Shown: positions 41,247-54,020, counted from the first letter of the stretch. The stretch: DNA of 64,000 nucleotides from Candidatus Hydrogenedentota bacterium (GCA_034669905.1 JAXMOL010000009.1:96001-160000), one strand, 5' to 3'. Notes: generated by a model from the letters alone, not told the origin. Made by a program: numbers and translations.

Positions 41247-41645
41247 TCAACGGGGATGGCGGGCGAGGCGTATGAAGAGCAGGGCCAGCAACAGGGCCAA
41301 TGGCGTGAAGAGGAAGCGCTCTACGACGTGTTCCGACAACAGATTACCCACCGTGTTCAGCAGCAGGTAAATGGCCATTGCCCACAGGAGTGCCATCAGG
41401 AGACGCCGTGGGAGCAGGGTTGGAAGCATTTCGCCTCCCATGGCCGCCAGCCAGCACGCGAATAATGTCACTGCCAGGGCGATCGATTCGAAGATACGCA
41501 TCTGTCCCACCGTTTCCAGGCGGCCACCCCACACGAGCGTCCACGGGAGGAGCTCCAACAGGATTACGACGTGGAGGAAGGTCATCGTCGCCAGGATTAC
41601 GACCGCGACGCGTGCCGCGTTTCGAGCGCTGAGTGTGTGATTCAT
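41247..41645 (-). CDS. Small 4-TM membrane protein
   Basis: MNHTLS start after GAGG; WGGR loop, NTVGN; hydrophobic. Confidence 0.7.
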   Translation of the reverse strand: MNHTLSARNAARVAVVILATMTFLHVVILLELLPWTLVWGGRLETVGQMRIFESIALAVTLFACWLAAMGGEMLPTLLPRRLLMALLWAMAIYLLLNTVGNLLSEHVVERFLFTPLALLLALLFIRLARHPR

Positions 41646-41677
41646 TTGTATCCTCAAGGTGCGTGGGGCCGTGGGGA

Positions 41678-43447
41678 CTACGAAGGCCCTTCCGGCGTTT
41701 CGTCGCTGCTCTGCAAGGTAAAGAAGAACGTTGTGCCCTTGCCTTCTTCGGACTCCAGCCAGATATTTCCCCCATGGCGCCGCACTATTTTCTGGGTGAT
41801 GCTGAGTCCCGCCCCCGTGCCACCTCCAAATTTGTCGCGGGCGTGAAGCCGCTTGAAGATACGGAAAATGGCTTCCTGATGCCGTTCGGCGATGCCAATA
41901 CCGTTGTCTCGCACATAGAAGACGGTCCCGCCTGCGCCATTGGGCTGGGTCCCGACCTCGACCTGCCTGTTTTCGTTGTTGTTGTACTTGATGCCATTCG
42001 TGATCAGGTTCCGAAACACTTCGGCCGCCAGGACCTGGTGGCAATGAATTGTCGGCAGGCAGTCTTCCACGATGACATGACCATGCAACTCTTCCAGCCA
42101 TCCCGTCAGCGAATCGACGACATCGGCCACCGCAACGTGCAGATCGACTGACTGAAGGGCCAGTTGGGTGCGACCTACCCGTGAATAGTGGAGCAATTCT
42201 CCGATCAGATCCTCCAATCGGGAAGTAAGTCGAGCGAGGGTATGCAGTTTGTGCTGCCCGTCCTCATCCAGTACGGCCTCATAATCCTCCAGAAGAAAGG
42301 TAGAATAATTGCGAATGCCCCGCAAGGGCTCCTTTAAGTCGTGGGAGGCGATATGGGCGAAGTCTTCCAGTTCCTTGTTGCTCCGCTCCAGTTCGCGGGC
42401 GAAGGCGGCCAACTCCTCCTGGGCGTGGCGCTGCAGCGTGACATCCAGATGGGTTCCGCAGACACGTCGGGGCTCCCCGTGGCTGTTACGTTCTATCACC
42501 TTGCCCTTCGTCAGAATCCAGATCCAGGTGCCGTCTTTGTGCCGCAGCCGGTGCTCTGCTTCGTACGTCTCGGTATTGCCCTGGAGATGGGCTTCCAGGG
42601 CGGCCAGAACGTGGGACCGATCCTCCGGGTGGATGGCCTGCTCCCAGGTAGAGGCACGGGGTGCCAGTTCTTCCACCTGATACCCGATCATTTCTGCCCA
42701 CCGTGCGTCAAAGTGCACTTCGTCCGCGGGGACATCCCAGTCCCAGGTGCCAAGCTGGCCTGCCTGGAGCGCGAGTTCCAGCCGTTCCTTGCTGATACGG
42801 AGGGCCTCTTCCGCCTTTTTTCGGGCGTCAATGTCTTGTATTTGCGAAATGAAATAGCGGGGCTTGTCGTTGTGGTCCCAGACCAGGGAGACACTCAGGA
42901 GAATCCACACGTGTTCGCCGTTTTTCCGGATATAGCGCTTTTCCATGTGGTAAAAATCGATTTCTTTCCGGAGCATTTGCTGGACGTGCGACAGGTCTTT
43001 GTCCAGGTCCTCGGGGTGGGTAATCGTCTGGAAATCGGTGACCAGCAGCTCTTCTTCTGCGTAGCCCACCAGATCACAAAGGGCGCGGTTTACGCGAATC
43101 CAACGGCCTTCGGGGGATACCAGGGCCATGCCGATGGGCGCGTTGTTCATCGCCAGGCGGAACATCTCTTCGCTCATCTGTGCGGTCTCGAGTGCGCGGT
43201 GCGATGGGTGGGCCTCGGGAGGTGGGGTCAGCGACGAGGGCTCTTCAACACCCGTCTTGTCGCGCGAAATCGACGGCTTGACCTGTTGCAGGATAAGGGC
43301 CACGATAAGGGCACTCAGGGCGCTTAGTGCGCCCGATGCGAGGATCGCGGGAAGCAGTGTCTGTGAACCGTAGAGACTGCCAAGGACGGCGATTAAGAGC
43401 AGGACGCCGATTGCGGCGAGACCGCCGGCGATTATGCGTCTGTTCAT
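41678..43447 (-). CDS. Membrane-anchored PAS-PAS sensor histidine kinase
   Basis: Two N-terminal TMs, two PAS domains (HPED), ASHDLKEPL H-box, DNGIG, GTGAGL. Confidence 0.9.
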   Translation of the reverse strand: MNRRIIAGGLAAIGVLLLIAVLGSLYGSQTLLPAILASGALSALSALIVALILQQVKPSISRDKTGVEEPSSLTPPPEAHPSHRALETAQMSEEMFRLAMNNAPIGMALVSPEGRWIRVNRALCDLVGYAEEELLVTDFQTITHPEDLDKDLSHVQQMLRKEIDFYHMEKRYIRKNGEHVWILLSVSLVWDHNDKPRYFISQIQDIDARKKAEEALRISKERLELALQAGQLGTWDWDVPADEVHFDARWAEMIGYQVEELAPRASTWEQAIHPEDRSHVLAALEAHLQGNTETYEAEHRLRHKDGTWIWILTKGKVIERNSHGEPRRVCGTHLDVTLQRHAQEELAAFARELERSNKELEDFAHIASHDLKEPLRGIRNYSTFLLEDYEAVLDEDGQHKLHTLARLTSRLEDLIGELLHYSRVGRTQLALQSVDLHVAVADVVDSLTGWLEELHGHVIVEDCLPTIHCHQVLAAEVFRNLITNGIKYNNNENRQVEVGTQPNGAGGTVFYVRDNGIGIAERHQEAIFRIFKRLHARDKFGGGTGAGLSITQKIVRRHGGNIWLESEEGKGTTFFFTLQSSDETPEGPS

Positions 43448-43555
43448 TCTGGGGAGCCCTTCCTGCCGATTTACCCTGGCATGTTAACAATAGCAGTATC
43501 CACTATACGGCGTGCATGTTCCCATTCTTTCCTGCAGCGTCCCCATCGGAGCAAA

Positions 43556-44311
43556 CTAATCGGTGAATGGTGACTGTGGTCTGATTAATTTTACGAGTTC
43601 GACCAATTGGAGGCTGGCGGGCCCTTCCAGAAAGTAGTCGGTTGAATTGGTCGTGAACTCGGTGGTTTCGACGTTGCATTCAATAATGCACGCGCCATTC
43701 GCTTTGGCGGTTAAGGGAATCTGGGCTGCCGGGTAGACCGTCGCCGAGGTTCCTACGACCAGGAGGACATCGGCCTCCGCGACCGCTACGTTGGCTGCCT
43801 GTTGGGCTTCCACCGGAATCGAATCTCCAAACAATACCACGTCGGGCTTCATCAGGCCACCGCAGCCACATCGGGGTGCTCCCGGGGTACGTTGATCCAG
43901 CCGAAGGGGGACCACCGTCTGGCAGGTCTGACAGCGCATGTGGCGCGCGTTGCCGTGGAACTCGATGACGTCACGGGACCCCGCCTCCTGGTGAAGGTTG
44001 TCAATGTTTTGCGTGACAATGGGGCCGAGATATCCCCCGTACTGGAGGGCGGTCAGGGCGTGGTGGGCTGGATTCGGGGACACCTCACCGATCGTGGCAG
44101 CCAATTCGTACCACATCTGCCAGACACGATCCGGGTCTCGCAGGAAGGCCTCCGCGGTGGCATATTCCTCCGGGGGGTAGGTGTCCCAGATACCGCCCGG
44201 ACTCCGAAAGTCGGGAATGCCGCTTTCCACGGAAATGCCCGCGCCCGTGAGTGCCATGGCGTGGCGACTGGCAGTCAGTGCTTCGGCAGCACGCTCTAAG
44301 GGGGTCTTCAT
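43556..44311 (-). CDS. cobB: NAD-dependent protein deacylase (sirtuin)
   Basis: TGAGISVESGIPDFR, TQNIDNLH, HG, Zn-binding Cys pairs, KPDVVLFG, VGTS. Confidence 0.92.
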   Translation of the reverse strand: MKTPLERAAEALTASRHAMALTGAGISVESGIPDFRSPGGIWDTYPPEEYATAEAFLRDPDRVWQMWYELAATIGEVSPNPAHHALTALQYGGYLGPIVTQNIDNLHQEAGSRDVIEFHGNARHMRCQTCQTVVPLRLDQRTPGAPRCGCGGLMKPDVVLFGDSIPVEAQQAANVAVAEADVLLVVGTSATVYPAAQIPLTAKANGACIIECNVETTEFTTNSTDYFLEGPASLQLVELVKLIRPQSPFTD

Positions 44312-44340
44312 GGCGCGTGGTCCCCGGGCCTCGTGTTCGT

Positions 44341-45612
44341 TCAGGAGGCGGTGATGGCGTCCAGGCCACCCATATAGGGCCGCAATACGTCGGGTATTTT
44401 TACCGAGCCGTCGGCCTGCTGGTAGTTTTCCAGCACGGCGACGAGGGTGCGACCTACGGCAAGGCCCGAGCCATTGATGGTGTGCACGAACTCAGGCTTC
44501 TTATCGCGCTTGAACCGGATGTTGGCCCGGCGCGCCTGGTAGTCGAGGAAATTGGAACAGGAGCTGATTTCCCGGAACGCATTCTGCCCGGGGAGCCAGA
44601 CCTCAAGATCGTAGGTTTTCGCCGCGCTGAAGCCGAGATCGCCCGTGCAGAGGGTCATGACCCGGTAGGGGAGCTTGAGTGCCTGCAAAATGGCCTCGGC
44701 ATTCTGGGTCAGTTTCTCCAGTTCATGCCAGCTGTCTTCCGGCCGCACAAACTTCACCATCTCCACCTTATTGAACTGGTGTTGACGAATCATTCCCCGG
44801 GTATCCTTCCCGTGGGAGCCCGCTTCACTGCGGAAGCAGGGGGTATAGGCCGTGTAGTACAGGGGGAGGTCGGCATCTTTCAGGATTTCATCCCGGTGGA
44901 TGTTGGTGACCGGCACTTCCGCCGTCGGAATCAGCCAGTAATCGGAATTTTCGATCTTGAAGCTGTCTTCCGCGAATTTCGGAAGTTGGCCCGTGCCCCG
45001 CATGCTATCCGAATTCACCATGAAAGGCGGCAACATTTCGGTGTAGCCATGGGTGCCCGTGTGCATGTCGAGCATGAGATTGATCAGGGCACGCTCCAGC
45101 CGTGCGCCGGCCCCTTTGCCGAGACAAAAGCGTGCGCCGGTGAGCTTGGCCGCACATTCAAAATCGAGGATGTTGAGATCTTCTCCCAGGGCCACGTGAT
45201 CTTTCGCTTCAAAGTCGAACTCAGGGATCTCCCCCCAGGCACGCTCTTCGCGGTTGGCGCTTTCGTCCAATCCCTCGGGAAGGCTCTCATCCGGCAGGTT
45301 GGGAAGGCGGAGCAGGAGGTCCGTTAAGGTAGCATCTACCGTGCGAACCTGCTCTTCCAGCGCCGCGATCTTATCTTTGATACCCTTCATGGCGGCAATG
45401 GCCTCGCTTGCATCTTCCTTGGCCTTCTTGGCGGCACCAATGGCCTGGCTGGCCACGTTCTGCTCGGCGCGGAGTTGTTCCATCTCGTGCACCAGGCTGC
45501 GGCGCTTGCCATCTTCTTCCAGGATAGCCTCGACGGAGAAGGAGCCCCCCCGTTTGGCGAGGGCTGCGGTCACGGTGTCGGGGTCCTGGCGGAGAAGCTT
45601 GATGTCCAACAT
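44341..45612 (-). CDS. serS: Serine--tRNA ligase
   Basis: [42 protein letters not shown]. Confidence 0.97.
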   Translation of the reverse strand: MLDIKLLRQDPDTVTAALAKRGGSFSVEAILEEDGKRRSLVHEMEQLRAEQNVASQAIGAAKKAKEDASEAIAAMKGIKDKIAALEEQVRTVDATLTDLLLRLPNLPDESLPEGLDESANREERAWGEIPEFDFEAKDHVALGEDLNILDFECAAKLTGARFCLGKGAGARLERALINLMLDMHTGTHGYTEMLPPFMVNSDSMRGTGQLPKFAEDSFKIENSDYWLIPTAEVPVTNIHRDEILKDADLPLYYTAYTPCFRSEAGSHGKDTRGMIRQHQFNKVEMVKFVRPEDSWHELEKLTQNAEAILQALKLPYRVMTLCTGDLGFSAAKTYDLEVWLPGQNAFREISSCSNFLDYQARRANIRFKRDKKPEFVHTINGSGLAVGRTLVAVLENYQQADGSVKIPDVLRPYMGGLDAITAS

Positions 45613-45712
45613 GAATGGGCGTTCCTTGTGTCTGGAGAATTGCGGTATTGTTAATAGAAGGGGCGTTATGCGCAGGTGCCCGGCGAGCAACCGGTTCGAA
45701 GGGGGCGGAGGC

Positions 45713-46621
45713 TCAGTTACGGATTAGGGCGAGCAGCCGTTCCAGTTCGTCCAGATTGTAGTATTCGATCTCGATTTTACCCTTGCCGCCCTGCTGGGTT
45801 TTCAGTTGTACCTTCGTGCCCAGTGCGCGCCGTAGATCATCTTCCAATTGGGCAATATTGGGATCCCGAGGGGCCGCTGCGGCGGTGTTGCGCTCCGCCT
45901 TGCTCGCGTTGGCAAGTTTTTCGACTTGGCGCACCGACAGCCCCTGGGCGATAATCTTGCGGGCGATGGATACCTGGGCGGATGCGGTGGGAAAGGCCAG
46001 GATGGCACGGGCATGTCCCATAGATAGTGAGCCGTCCGCGACTTGCTCCTGGACTACCTCCGGCAGGTTCAGCAGGCGCAGCATGTTGGTGACTGTTGCA
46101 CGCTTTTTGCCCACTTCCTGGGAGACTTCTTCCTGGGTCCAGCCGAACTCTTCCATCAGATCCTGGTAGCCCTGGGCCATTTCGATGGCGTTCAGGTCTT
46201 CCCGCTGGATGTTCTCAATAAGCCCCAGCTTAAGCATATCGCGGTCGGAGACTTCCCGACACACCGCTGGAATGACCGACATGTTGGCCATGACACTGGC
46301 ACGAACACGGCGTTCACCGCTGATAAGTTCGTAGTGGTCACCAGCCTTGCGTACAAGGACCGGCTCCTGGACGCCGTCGCGTGCGATGGAAGCAGCAAGT
46401 TCCTGCAGGGCCTCCTCGTTAAAGAGGTGACGGGGCTGCTTGGGGTTGGGACGGATCTCCGTGGGATCCAACTCAATCAGTTGGGCACCATCCGACAGGG
46501 CCGCGATGGCCGGCGCGGGCGCAGGTTCTGCCGTGCGGGCCGTTGAGGCGTTGTCCATGGCGTTGCTGCCGATGAGGGCGCCGAGGCCTTTTCCCAAACC
46601 TTTGCGTTTTGCACTAGCCAC
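45713..46621 (-). CDS. parB: Chromosome partitioning protein ParB/Spo0J
   Basis: [40 protein letters not shown]. Confidence 0.95.
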   Translation of the reverse strand: MASAKRKGLGKGLGALIGSNAMDNASTARTAEPAPAPAIAALSDGAQLIELDPTEIRPNPKQPRHLFNEEALQELAASIARDGVQEPVLVRKAGDHYELISGERRVRASVMANMSVIPAVCREVSDRDMLKLGLIENIQREDLNAIEMAQGYQDLMEEFGWTQEEVSQEVGKKRATVTNMLRLLNLPEVVQEQVADGSLSMGHARAILAFPTASAQVSIARKIIAQGLSVRQVEKLANASKAERNTAAAAPRDPNIAQLEDDLRRALGTKVQLKTQQGGKGKIEIEYYNLDELERLLALIRN

Positions 46622-47372
46622 GGGCAATTACCTCCCGGGCGAGGGAAAGATAGCTTTGGGCACCGGAGCTCTTCAGGTCGTAATAAATCACGGGTTTTCC
46701 AAAACTCGGGGCTTCACTTAAGGTGACATTGCGGGGGATGATGGTCTGGAATACCGACTCACCCAGGTGTCCGCGCACGTCGTCAATCACTTGCTTGCAC
46801 AGATTGGTGTGCTGATACATGGTGAGCAGTACGCCGAAAACCGACAGGTCGGGGTTGAGGTTGTCCCGCACCAGGATGACGGTTTGAAGGAGCTCGCTCA
46901 GCCCTTCCAGGGCGTAATATTCGCACTGGAGGGTGACCAGGATACCGTCCGCCGCCACGAGTCCATTCAGCGTAAGAATGCTGAGGGAAGGGGGGCAATC
47001 GATAAAAATGTAGTCAAACTCTTCCCGGAGCTCAGCCAACTGGGTCTTCAGGCGATATTCACGGGCTTCTTCATCGACCAGTTCCACTTCCGCCCCTACC
47101 AGTTCACGGTTGGCGGGCAGAATGTAGAGATTATCCCACTCCGTTTCCAACATGATTTCGGACGGATGCGTGCTGTTGACCAGGAGGTCATAGACGCTGG
47201 CTTCGATGCTGTTCTTGTCGATACCGAGGCCCTGGGTGGCATTCCCCTGGGGGTCGAGGTCGATGAGGAGGGTGGTCTTCTCTGCGGCAGCCATGCAGGC
47301 AGCCAGATTGACCGACGTGGTGGTCTTCCCCACGCCCCCCTTCTGATTGGCTATAGCGATGACACGTCCCAA
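46614..47372 (-). CDS. parA: Chromosome partitioning ATPase ParA/Soj
   Basis: NQKGGVGKTT, DLDPQGN, DCPPSL, QCEYYALEG, EAPSFG. Confidence 0.95.
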   Translation of the reverse strand: MGRVIAIANQKGGVGKTTTSVNLAACMAAAEKTTLLIDLDPQGNATQGLGIDKNSIEASVYDLLVNSTHPSEIMLETEWDNLYILPANRELVGAEVELVDEEAREYRLKTQLAELREEFDYIFIDCPPSLSILTLNGLVAADGILVTLQCEYYALEGLSELLQTVILVRDNLNPDLSVFGVLLTMYQHTNLCKQVIDDVRGHLGESVFQTIIPRNVTLSEAPSFGKPVIYYDLKSSGAQSYLSLAREVIARG

Positions 47373-47424
47373 CGATCAGGCCCTAACGGTTTGGCTGCAG
47401 AAATAGTGACTACATAAGGCGCGT

Positions 47425-47454
47425 ATCATACGAACCTGCCCCCGTATAAGTCAA
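47425..47454 (-). promoter_or_regulatory. Putative sigma70 promoter of parAB
   Basis: TTGACT-N18-TATGAT. Confidence 0.55.
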
Positions 47455-47479
47455 TGTTCAGGCCCCCTGGATCCCCGGC

Positions 47480-47935
47480 TCAGGTGCCAAACTGCTTCAG
47501 GTGGTGCTCGAAATGCAGCACATGGAAGCGATCCCAGCCATCAATATCCAAGCGGCCAAAGGTGGGGTGGGGGGCTGGCTGGAGTTCGTCGGCCTGCACC
47601 AGACCCAGGTATTCTTCCACCAGGGCATGAAGGGTTTCCAGATCACCCGGTTCCCGGGTGCGCAGCCCTTGACGACGGAGCGAGCGGGCCGTGCGACTGT
47701 CTTTGGAAAGGGGGACCGCGCCAAAGAGGATCAGTGGCCGTGCAATATAGCGGGTGAAGCAATTCCCCACAAAGGGCACCGTGCGGGAGCGGCCCATGGA
47801 ATGGCGCATGGCCCAGATGAGGTGCTCAATCAGGCCGTCGCGACTCAGATCTCCCCAGCGTGGCTCCGCGTCTTTTTTGATGCGCCCTAAGCGCTTTACC
47901 ACCTCTTCCGCGTAATCCCCGTCAAAATGATGCAT
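47480..47935 (-). CDS. DUF1569/DinB-like protein
   Basis: WG...H N-terminal motif and HPTFG...W...HFEHHLKQFG. Confidence 0.8.
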   Translation of the reverse strand: MHHFDGDYAEEVVKRLGRIKKDAEPRWGDLSRDGLIEHLIWAMRHSMGRSRTVPFVGNCFTRYIARPLILFGAVPLSKDSRTARSLRRQGLRTREPGDLETLHALVEEYLGLVQADELQPAPHPTFGRLDIDGWDRFHVLHFEHHLKQFGT

Positions 47936-48011
47936 ACCCTGACCTCATCCCTGCGTTTACTCCTCGTGCTAATGGTACCACGAAGTCCGCAGAATCTTAC
48001 AAGAGAATGCG

Positions 48012-49121
48012 CTATTTCCCCGGCGTGAGCACCAGGTCTTTCCACGCGATCTGTGCCCCATCCCGGTGCATCTGCAACGTGATATACCCTTCCCGGATCT
48101 TGTCCAGTTTTTCAGATTCCGCCGATTTCTGCCCGTTGATGTACGTGACTACATGATTGTCGTGCACGAAGACCTGGAGCAGATTCCAATCGCCGGGGTT
48201 AAACAGGTCATCCCGACCCCGGACAAAACCGTAAATGCTTCCCGAGGGCATACCCACCCCGGGCAGGTCAAGGAGTTGAATCTCATTGCCCCGATCGGAA
48301 TCATCGGTAAGCCAGCGGAAGAATACCCCGCCGTTGGCGGAAGAGGAGCACCGGTAATACATGCGAAGCGAAAAGTTTTGACACGGCTGAGAAAACTGAA
48401 GATAGCCGTTGCCCCCCGTGCCTACCAACACGCCGTCCTCCACCGTCCACCAGGCCCGCTTGTTGCGTACCGGGTTCCAGCCCGTCAGATCCCGCCCATT
48501 GAACATGACGACGGCGGGCTCGGTGTCGGGCAGGGGAGTGAGGGTCATGTTCCGAATGGTCATGCCCCAGCCCAGGTTGTTCTGAAAGCCGATATGTCCC
48601 CGCCGCAAGGTGTGGCGCAGCCGGGGATGGCTTTCCAGATCGATATCCTGCACCACCACGTCGTTGATCGTGACACGCAGTTGGGGCCAGTCCATCCATA
48701 CATCGCAGGTGTTCCATTCGCCCGCTTCTTTGACGGCGACGCTCCGGGGAGCCACATGGCGAAAGAGGGCACCCGCCCGGAACGGATCAGGCGCGTCTCC
48801 GGCATGATCGGCCAGCTCAATTTCAATGCCTGCCCGATAGGCGCCGTTGGAGGGGGCATGGATGTAGAGCCCCGATTCCTCCCACTGGTGGTAGTTAAAG
48901 TCGAAGCGGAGATGGAAATTCTCGTATTGCTCCCGGGTGAGAATGGCGGACGGCTCGCTCTGTCCCTGTTTGATGTGGAGCGTACCCTCCTCTATGGTGA
49001 AGGACACCGCCGACCCACTATCGCGCTTCCAGGCTTGGGGGTCTTCGAGGGGGCGGAGGGGTTCGGCGAGGGCTGCGGGGCCACAAATGAGGGCGATGAG
49101 CATAAGCGTGCGGATGTTCAT
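48012..49121 (-). CDS. Secreted tandem DUF1080 (3-keto-disaccharide hydrolase-like) protein
   Basis: Signal peptide; two domains with ESG/NGG, GEWN/GDWN, GHIGFQ/GYITLQ; FNGRDLTGW. Confidence 0.82.
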   Translation of the reverse strand: MNIRTLMLIALICGPAALAEPLRPLEDPQAWKRDSGSAVSFTIEEGTLHIKQGQSEPSAILTREQYENFHLRFDFNYHQWEESGLYIHAPSNGAYRAGIEIELADHAGDAPDPFRAGALFRHVAPRSVAVKEAGEWNTCDVWMDWPQLRVTINDVVVQDIDLESHPRLRHTLRRGHIGFQNNLGWGMTIRNMTLTPLPDTEPAVVMFNGRDLTGWNPVRNKRAWWTVEDGVLVGTGGNGYLQFSQPCQNFSLRMYYRCSSSANGGVFFRWLTDDSDRGNEIQLLDLPGVGMPSGSIYGFVRGRDDLFNPGDWNLLQVFVHDNHVVTYINGQKSAESEKLDKIREGYITLQMHRDGAQIAWKDLVLTPGK

Positions 49122-49334
49122 AGGTCACTAACTCCGGGGTCCAGGTCATGTAGGGGTGATCAGGCGGGCACTATAACATGCTTTGCTGCTTATATTTAAA
49201 CGGGGTCGGGTCTCAAAAACATACCAAATGGTATGTTTTTTTGGAGGGCTCAAGGGGGGGCGTGAGAAAAGTAGGATAATTTTGGGGCGAGTGTCGCCTT
49301 TAAGTTGTTTGACGTAAGGGTTTTGTGGCACATG

Positions 49335-49364
49335 TTGACATTTGGTCACTAAGTTCTGTATCAT
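49335..49364 (+). promoter_or_regulatory. Putative sigma70 promoter of gltBD
   Basis: TTGACA-N18-TATCAT. Confidence 0.6.
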
Positions 49365-49484
49365 ACGCTGTGGAATGAACTGCGGTTAATCACCCCGAAT
49401 TTTGGGCTTCGGGAGTTGATGGCCTACCTTGGTTGCACTGATTCCCTTTCCATGCACAACTGTTACTTATAAGGTGGATTCATT

Positions 49485-52400
49485 TTGTCTAATAGAACTA
49501 TATCCCGGAGCGGGCTTTATGAACCGTACTATGAGCACGATGCTTGTGGTATTGGGTTTATATGTAACATTGATGGGAACCGCTCCCATGAAGTAATCGC
49601 GAACGGCCTGCAGATCCTGGTTAATCTGACGCACCGTGGCGCCTGTGGTTGTGACCCGGAAACGGGCGACGGTTGCGGCATCATGCTTCATATTCCCCAT
49701 GAGTTTTTCAAGGCGGAAGTGGCCGATCATGGATTTGAGTTGCCCAATGTGGGCGAGTATGGCGTCGGAATGGTGTTCCTGCCCCAGGACCGCGAATCCC
49801 GCGAATCCTGCATGCAGATTCTGAACAAGGCCATTCTCGAAGAAGATCAAGAGTTGCTGGGGTGGCGCGACGTGCCCCGGAATTCTGATGCGATTGGCTG
49901 GCTGGCCCGTGAAAACGAGCCCGTCATTCGTCAGGTGTTCATTCGCCGTGATGAAGGCCTGGATGTGGATGAGTTTGAACGCAAGCTCTACGTCATCCGG
50001 AAATCTGCCACCCACATGATCGGGAACTCGGTCATTTCCGGTAAATCGGAATACTACGTGCCCAGCATGTCCGCCCGCACCATTGTGTACAAGGGACTGA
50101 TGCTGCCCGACGCCATGGATAAGTACTACCTTGACCTGGCCGACGAGCGCGCAACGAGTGGCATGGCCCTCGTCCACCAGCGCTACAGCACCAACACGTT
50201 GCCTGCCTGGCCCCTGGCGCAGCCCTTCCGCTTTCTGGCGCACAATGGCGAAATCAATACCCTGCGCGGCAATCTCAATATGATGGATTCGCGCGAGCAG
50301 CACTTTGACAGTGACCTCATCGGCGATGACTTGAATAAGATCCGTCCCATCCTCAGCCCGGGAGCCAGTGACTCGGCCAACTTCGACAACGCCTTTGAGT
50401 TGCTGGTTCGGGGTGGTCGTGATGTCGATCATGCCATGGCCATGATGGTGCCCGAGCCCTGGAGTGGGCACGAATCCATGCCCGACGACAAAAAGGCTTT
50501 CTACGAATATCACGCCTGCAAAATGGAGCCGTGGGATGGCCCTGCCTCCATGGCCTTCTCCGACGGGGTTCGCATTGGCGCCGTGCTGGACCGGAACGGT
50601 CTTCGTCCTTCCCGTTATTGGGTGACGACAGATAATCAGGTCATCATGGCGTCCGAGGCGGGCGTCTTGCACCACATTACCAACGATAAAGTCGTCAAAA
50701 AAGGCCGCCTCGAGCCGGGCCGTATGTTCCTGGTGGACATGTCCGAAGGCCGTATCGTGGATGACGCGGAACTCAAATCGAAGTTTGCCACCCGGAATCC
50801 GTACCGGGAGTGGCTCGATACCTACCGGGTCGAAATGCCGACAGACTTGCAGGATGTGGAGCCTGTCGTTGAAGATACGGGCTTGCTGGAGCGTCAGCAG
50901 GTGTTCGGCTATACGCGGGAAGACCTCGAGCTCATTCTTGCGCCCATGGCGGAAGACGGCAAAGAGCCCACCGGTTCGATGGGCAACGATGCCGCCCTCG
51001 CCGTCTTGTCGCCCCGTCCTCAGTTGCTTTTCAACTACTTTAAGCAGCTCTTCGCCCAGGTAACAAACCCGCCCATTGATCCCATTCGCGAAGACATTGT
51101 CATGTCGCTCGAGACCGATATCGGGCGGGAAGGCAATCTCCTGGGAGAAACGCCCGAGGACTGTAAGCAGCTTCACCTGAAGTCGCCCTTGCTGACCAAT
51201 GCCCAGCTCAACTTCATTAAGAAGTTGGATCGGGACGGGTTCCGCCCGGCCGTGGTTTCGATTCTCTTTGAGGTCGCCAAAGGCCCGTCCGGTATGGATC
51301 AGGCACTCCACGCTATCTGTAAAGAAGCGTTGAAAGCCCTGGAAGACGGCGCGACCATGCTTATCCTCTCGGACCGGGGCGTGTCGAAGACCCACGCAGC
51401 GATTCCAAGTTTGCTCGCTACGGGCGCGGTACACCAGTACCTCGTGCACAAACATAAGCGGAGCGAGTGCGGCCTTATCGTGGAAACCGGAGAAGCGCGG
51501 GAAGTGATGCACTTCGCGTTGCTGACCGGCTATGGCGCGGGTGCCGTGAATCCCTATTTGGCCCTCGAGACCCTGGATGATCTCAAGCACCGTGAAATGG
51601 TCGTCGAGATGAAGCCGGGTAAGGCCCAGAAGAACTATATTAAGGCCGCCGAGAAGGGGCTGTTGAAAGTGATGTCGAAAATCGGCATTTCCACCCAGCA
51701 GAGCTATCGTTGCGCCCAGATTTTTGAAGCAGTCGGGCTCAGCACGGCCCTGGTGGAGCGTTGCTTCTCCGGTACCGCTTCCCGTATCGAAGGAATTGGG
51801 GTCAAGGAAGTGGCGCAGGAAGTGCTCCTCCGTCATGCCATGGCCTATCCCGAAAAGCCTGCCCGCCGTCCGGAACTGGATGTAGGCGGAGCCTACCGCT
51901 GGCGTCGGCGCGGTGAATTCCACCAGTGGAACCCCGAAACGGTTGCCAAGCTGCAGCACGCCACCAGCCTGAACAATCAGCAGACCTACGACGAGTTCGC
52001 CGAAGAAGTGAACAATCGGGCACGGACCCTGGCGGCCCTCCGCGGTCTGTTGGAATTCAAGGATGGCAATGCCATTCCCCTGGAACAGGTCGAGCCGGCT
52101 TCAGAAATCGTGAAGCGCTTCTGCACCGGCGCCATGTCCTATGGCTCCATCAGTGGTGAGTCCCACGAGAATCTTGCCATCGCCATGAACCGTATCGGTG
52201 GCCGGAGCAATACGGGTGAAGGTGGGGAAGACCCCCGACGTTTTGAAAAAGACGAGAACGGCGACCTTCGGCGCAGTGCGATCAAGCAGGTGGCCTCAGG
52301 CCGCTTCGGTGTGACCAACGAATACCTGGTAAACTCCGACGAAATTCAGATCAAGATGGCCCAGGGCGCCAAGCCCGGTGAGGGGGGGCAGCTTCCCGGC

Positions 52401-54020
52401 CACAAGGTATTTGATAATATCGCCAAGGTGCGTTACTCGACTCCCGGTGTGGAACTGATTTCGCCGCCGCCGCACCACGACATTTATTCCATCGAAGACT
52501 TGGCCCAGCTTATCCACGACCTCAAGAATGCCAACGTTCACGGCAATGTTTCGGTGAAGCTGGTTTCGGAAGTGGGTGTGGGTACCATCGCCGCTGGTGT
52601 GTCGAAAGGTAAGGCCGATCTGGTGCTTATCAGTGGACACGATGGTGGTACGGGTGCCTCGCCGCAGACTTCCATCAAGTATGCGGGCCTTCCCTGGGAA
52701 TTGGGGCTCTCCGAGACCCACCAGGTGCTCGTGGAAAATGACCTGCGTGACCGCATTCGTGTGCAGGTAGATGGTCAGATGAAGACCGGTCGGGACGTCG
52801 CCATTGGCGCGTTGCTGGGCGCGGACGAGTTTGGCTTCGCAACTGCGCCGTTGATTGTCTCCGGTTGTATCATGATGCGTAAGTGCCACCTGAATACCTG
52901 CCCCGTAGGTATCGCGACCCAGGACCCCGAACTTCGGAAGAAGTTCAAAGGGAAACCGGAGCATGTGGTGAACTACTTCTTCTTCGTCGCCGAAGAGTGC
53001 CGGAAAATCATGGCACAGCTTGGCTTCCGTACGATGGAAGAGATGATCGGTCGGGCGGACATGTTGAAGTTTTCGCCCCTGCCGGAACACTGGAAAGCAC
53101 GGCATCTCGATTTCTCCCGGGTGCTGCATGTGTCGAAGGCGTGGGAAAACTCCACCCTCTATCACAGTAAGACGCAGGACCACGGGCTCGAAGGCGCTCT
53201 GGATCACACCCTGATCAAGGAAGCCGCCGCTGCCCTGGAAAACAAGGAGAAGGTCCGTATTGCGGTAGACATCAAGAACGTCAACCGTACGGTCGGCACC
53301 ATGCTTTCCAGCGAGCTGACCCGGCGCCATGGACTGGGTATGTATAGTGGTGCGCTCCCCGAAGACACCATCTGGATAGATTGTAAGGGCGTCGGTGGCA
53401 ACAGCTTTGGTGCCTTCGTCATTCAGGGTGTTACCTTGAACATCATCGGGGAAAGCAACGACTACGTTGGCAAGGGGCTTTCCGGCGGTAAGATTATCGT
53501 GTCGCCGCCTTCCGATTTCGTCGGTAATCCATCCGAGAATATCATTATCGGCAACGTGGCCCTCTACGGGGCTACTTCCGGTAAAGCCTTTATTCGCGGT
53601 GTCGCAGGCGAGCGTTTCGCAGTGCGGAATAGTGGCGCCTGGGCGGTGGTGGAAGGCGTGGGTGACCACGGTTGTGAGTACATGACCGGAGGTCGTGTGG
53701 CGGTGCTGGGTGAAACTGGCCGTAACTTCGCCGCCGGTATGAGCGGTGGTATCGCCTACATCTACGACAAGAGTGGCTCCTTCTCCGTACGTTGCAATAT
53801 GGGTAGCGTCGATCTGAAGGCGTTGCACGAAGAAAGTATTGTCGACTTGCGCACCATGCTGGAAGAGCACGTGAAATACACCGACAGCTCGGTCGCAAAG
53901 AAAATATTGGATAACTGGGATGAGGAAGTACAGCGCTTTGTCCGGGTGATGCCGCGCGACTACGCCCGCGTCTTGAAGCAGCAGCAGCAGGAACAATCGG
54001 AGGTTACGCATGCTTCCTGA
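49485..54020 (+). CDS. gltB: Glutamate synthase large subunit
   Basis: [50 protein letters not shown] domain. Confidence 0.98.
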   Translation: MSNRTISRSGLYEPYYEHDACGIGFICNIDGNRSHEVIANGLQILVNLTHRGACGCDPETGDGCGIMLHIPHEFFKAEVADHGFELPNVGEYGVGMVFLPQDRESRESCMQILNKAILEEDQELLGWRDVPRNSDAIGWLARENEPVIRQVFIRRDEGLDVDEFERKLYVIRKSATHMIGNSVISGKSEYYVPSMSARTIVYKGLMLPDAMDKYYLDLADERATSGMALVHQRYSTNTLPAWPLAQPFRFLAHNGEINTLRGNLNMMDSREQHFDSDLIGDDLNKIRPILSPGASDSANFDNAFELLVRGGRDVDHAMAMMVPEPWSGHESMPDDKKAFYEYHACKMEPWDGPASMAFSDGVRIGAVLDRNGLRPSRYWVTTDNQVIMASEAGVLHHITNDKVVKKGRLEPGRMFLVDMSEGRIVDDAELKSKFATRNPYREWLDTYRVEMPTDLQDVEPVVEDTGLLERQQVFGYTREDLELILAPMAEDGKEPTGSMGNDAALAVLSPRPQLLFNYFKQLFAQVTNPPIDPIREDIVMSLETDIGREGNLLGETPEDCKQLHLKSPLLTNAQLNFIKKLDRDGFRPAVVSILFEVAKGPSGMDQALHAICKEALKALEDGATMLILSDRGVSKTHAAIPSLLATGAVHQYLVHKHKRSECGLIVETGEAREVMHFALLTGYGAGAVNPYLALETLDDLKHREMVVEMKPGKAQKNYIKAAEKGLLKVMSKIGISTQQSYRCAQIFEAVGLSTALVERCFSGTASRIEGIGVKEVAQEVLLRHAMAYPEKPARRPELDVGGAYRWRRRGEFHQWNPETVAKLQHATSLNNQQTYDEFAEEVNNRARTLAALRGLLEFKDGNAIPLEQVEPASEIVKRFCTGAMSYGSISGESHENLAIAMNRIGGRSNTGEGGEDPRRFEKDENGDLRRSAIKQVASGRFGVTNEYLVNSDEIQIKMAQGAKPGEGGQLPGHKVFDNIAKVRYSTPGVELISPPPHHDIYSIEDLAQLIHDLKNANVHGNVSVKLVSEVGVGTIAAGVSKGKADLVLISGHDGGTGASPQTSIKYAGLPWELGLSETHQVLVENDLRDRIRVQVDGQMKTGRDVAIGALLGADEFGFATAPLIVSGCIMMRKCHLNTCPVGIATQDPELRKKFKGKPEHVVNYFFFVAEECRKIMAQLGFRTMEEMIGRADMLKFSPLPEHWKARHLDFSRVLHVSKAWENSTLYHSKTQDHGLEGALDHTLIKEAAAALENKEKVRIAVDIKNVNRTVGTMLSSELTRRHGLGMYSGALPEDTIWIDCKGVGGNSFGAFVIQGVTLNIIGESNDYVGKGLSGGKIIVSPPSDFVGNPSENIIIGNVALYGATSGKAFIRGVAGERFAVRNSGAWAVVEGVGDHGCEYMTGGRVAVLGETGRNFAAGMSGGIAYIYDKSGSFSVRCNMGSVDLKALHEESIVDLRTMLEEHVKYTDSSVAKKILDNWDEEVQRFVRVMPRDYARVLKQQQQEQSEVTHAS

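Noticed and set aside
45713..47460. parS site or replication origin near parAB
   Set aside because: I found no TGTTTCACGTGAAACA-like palindrome or DnaA-box cluster by eye.
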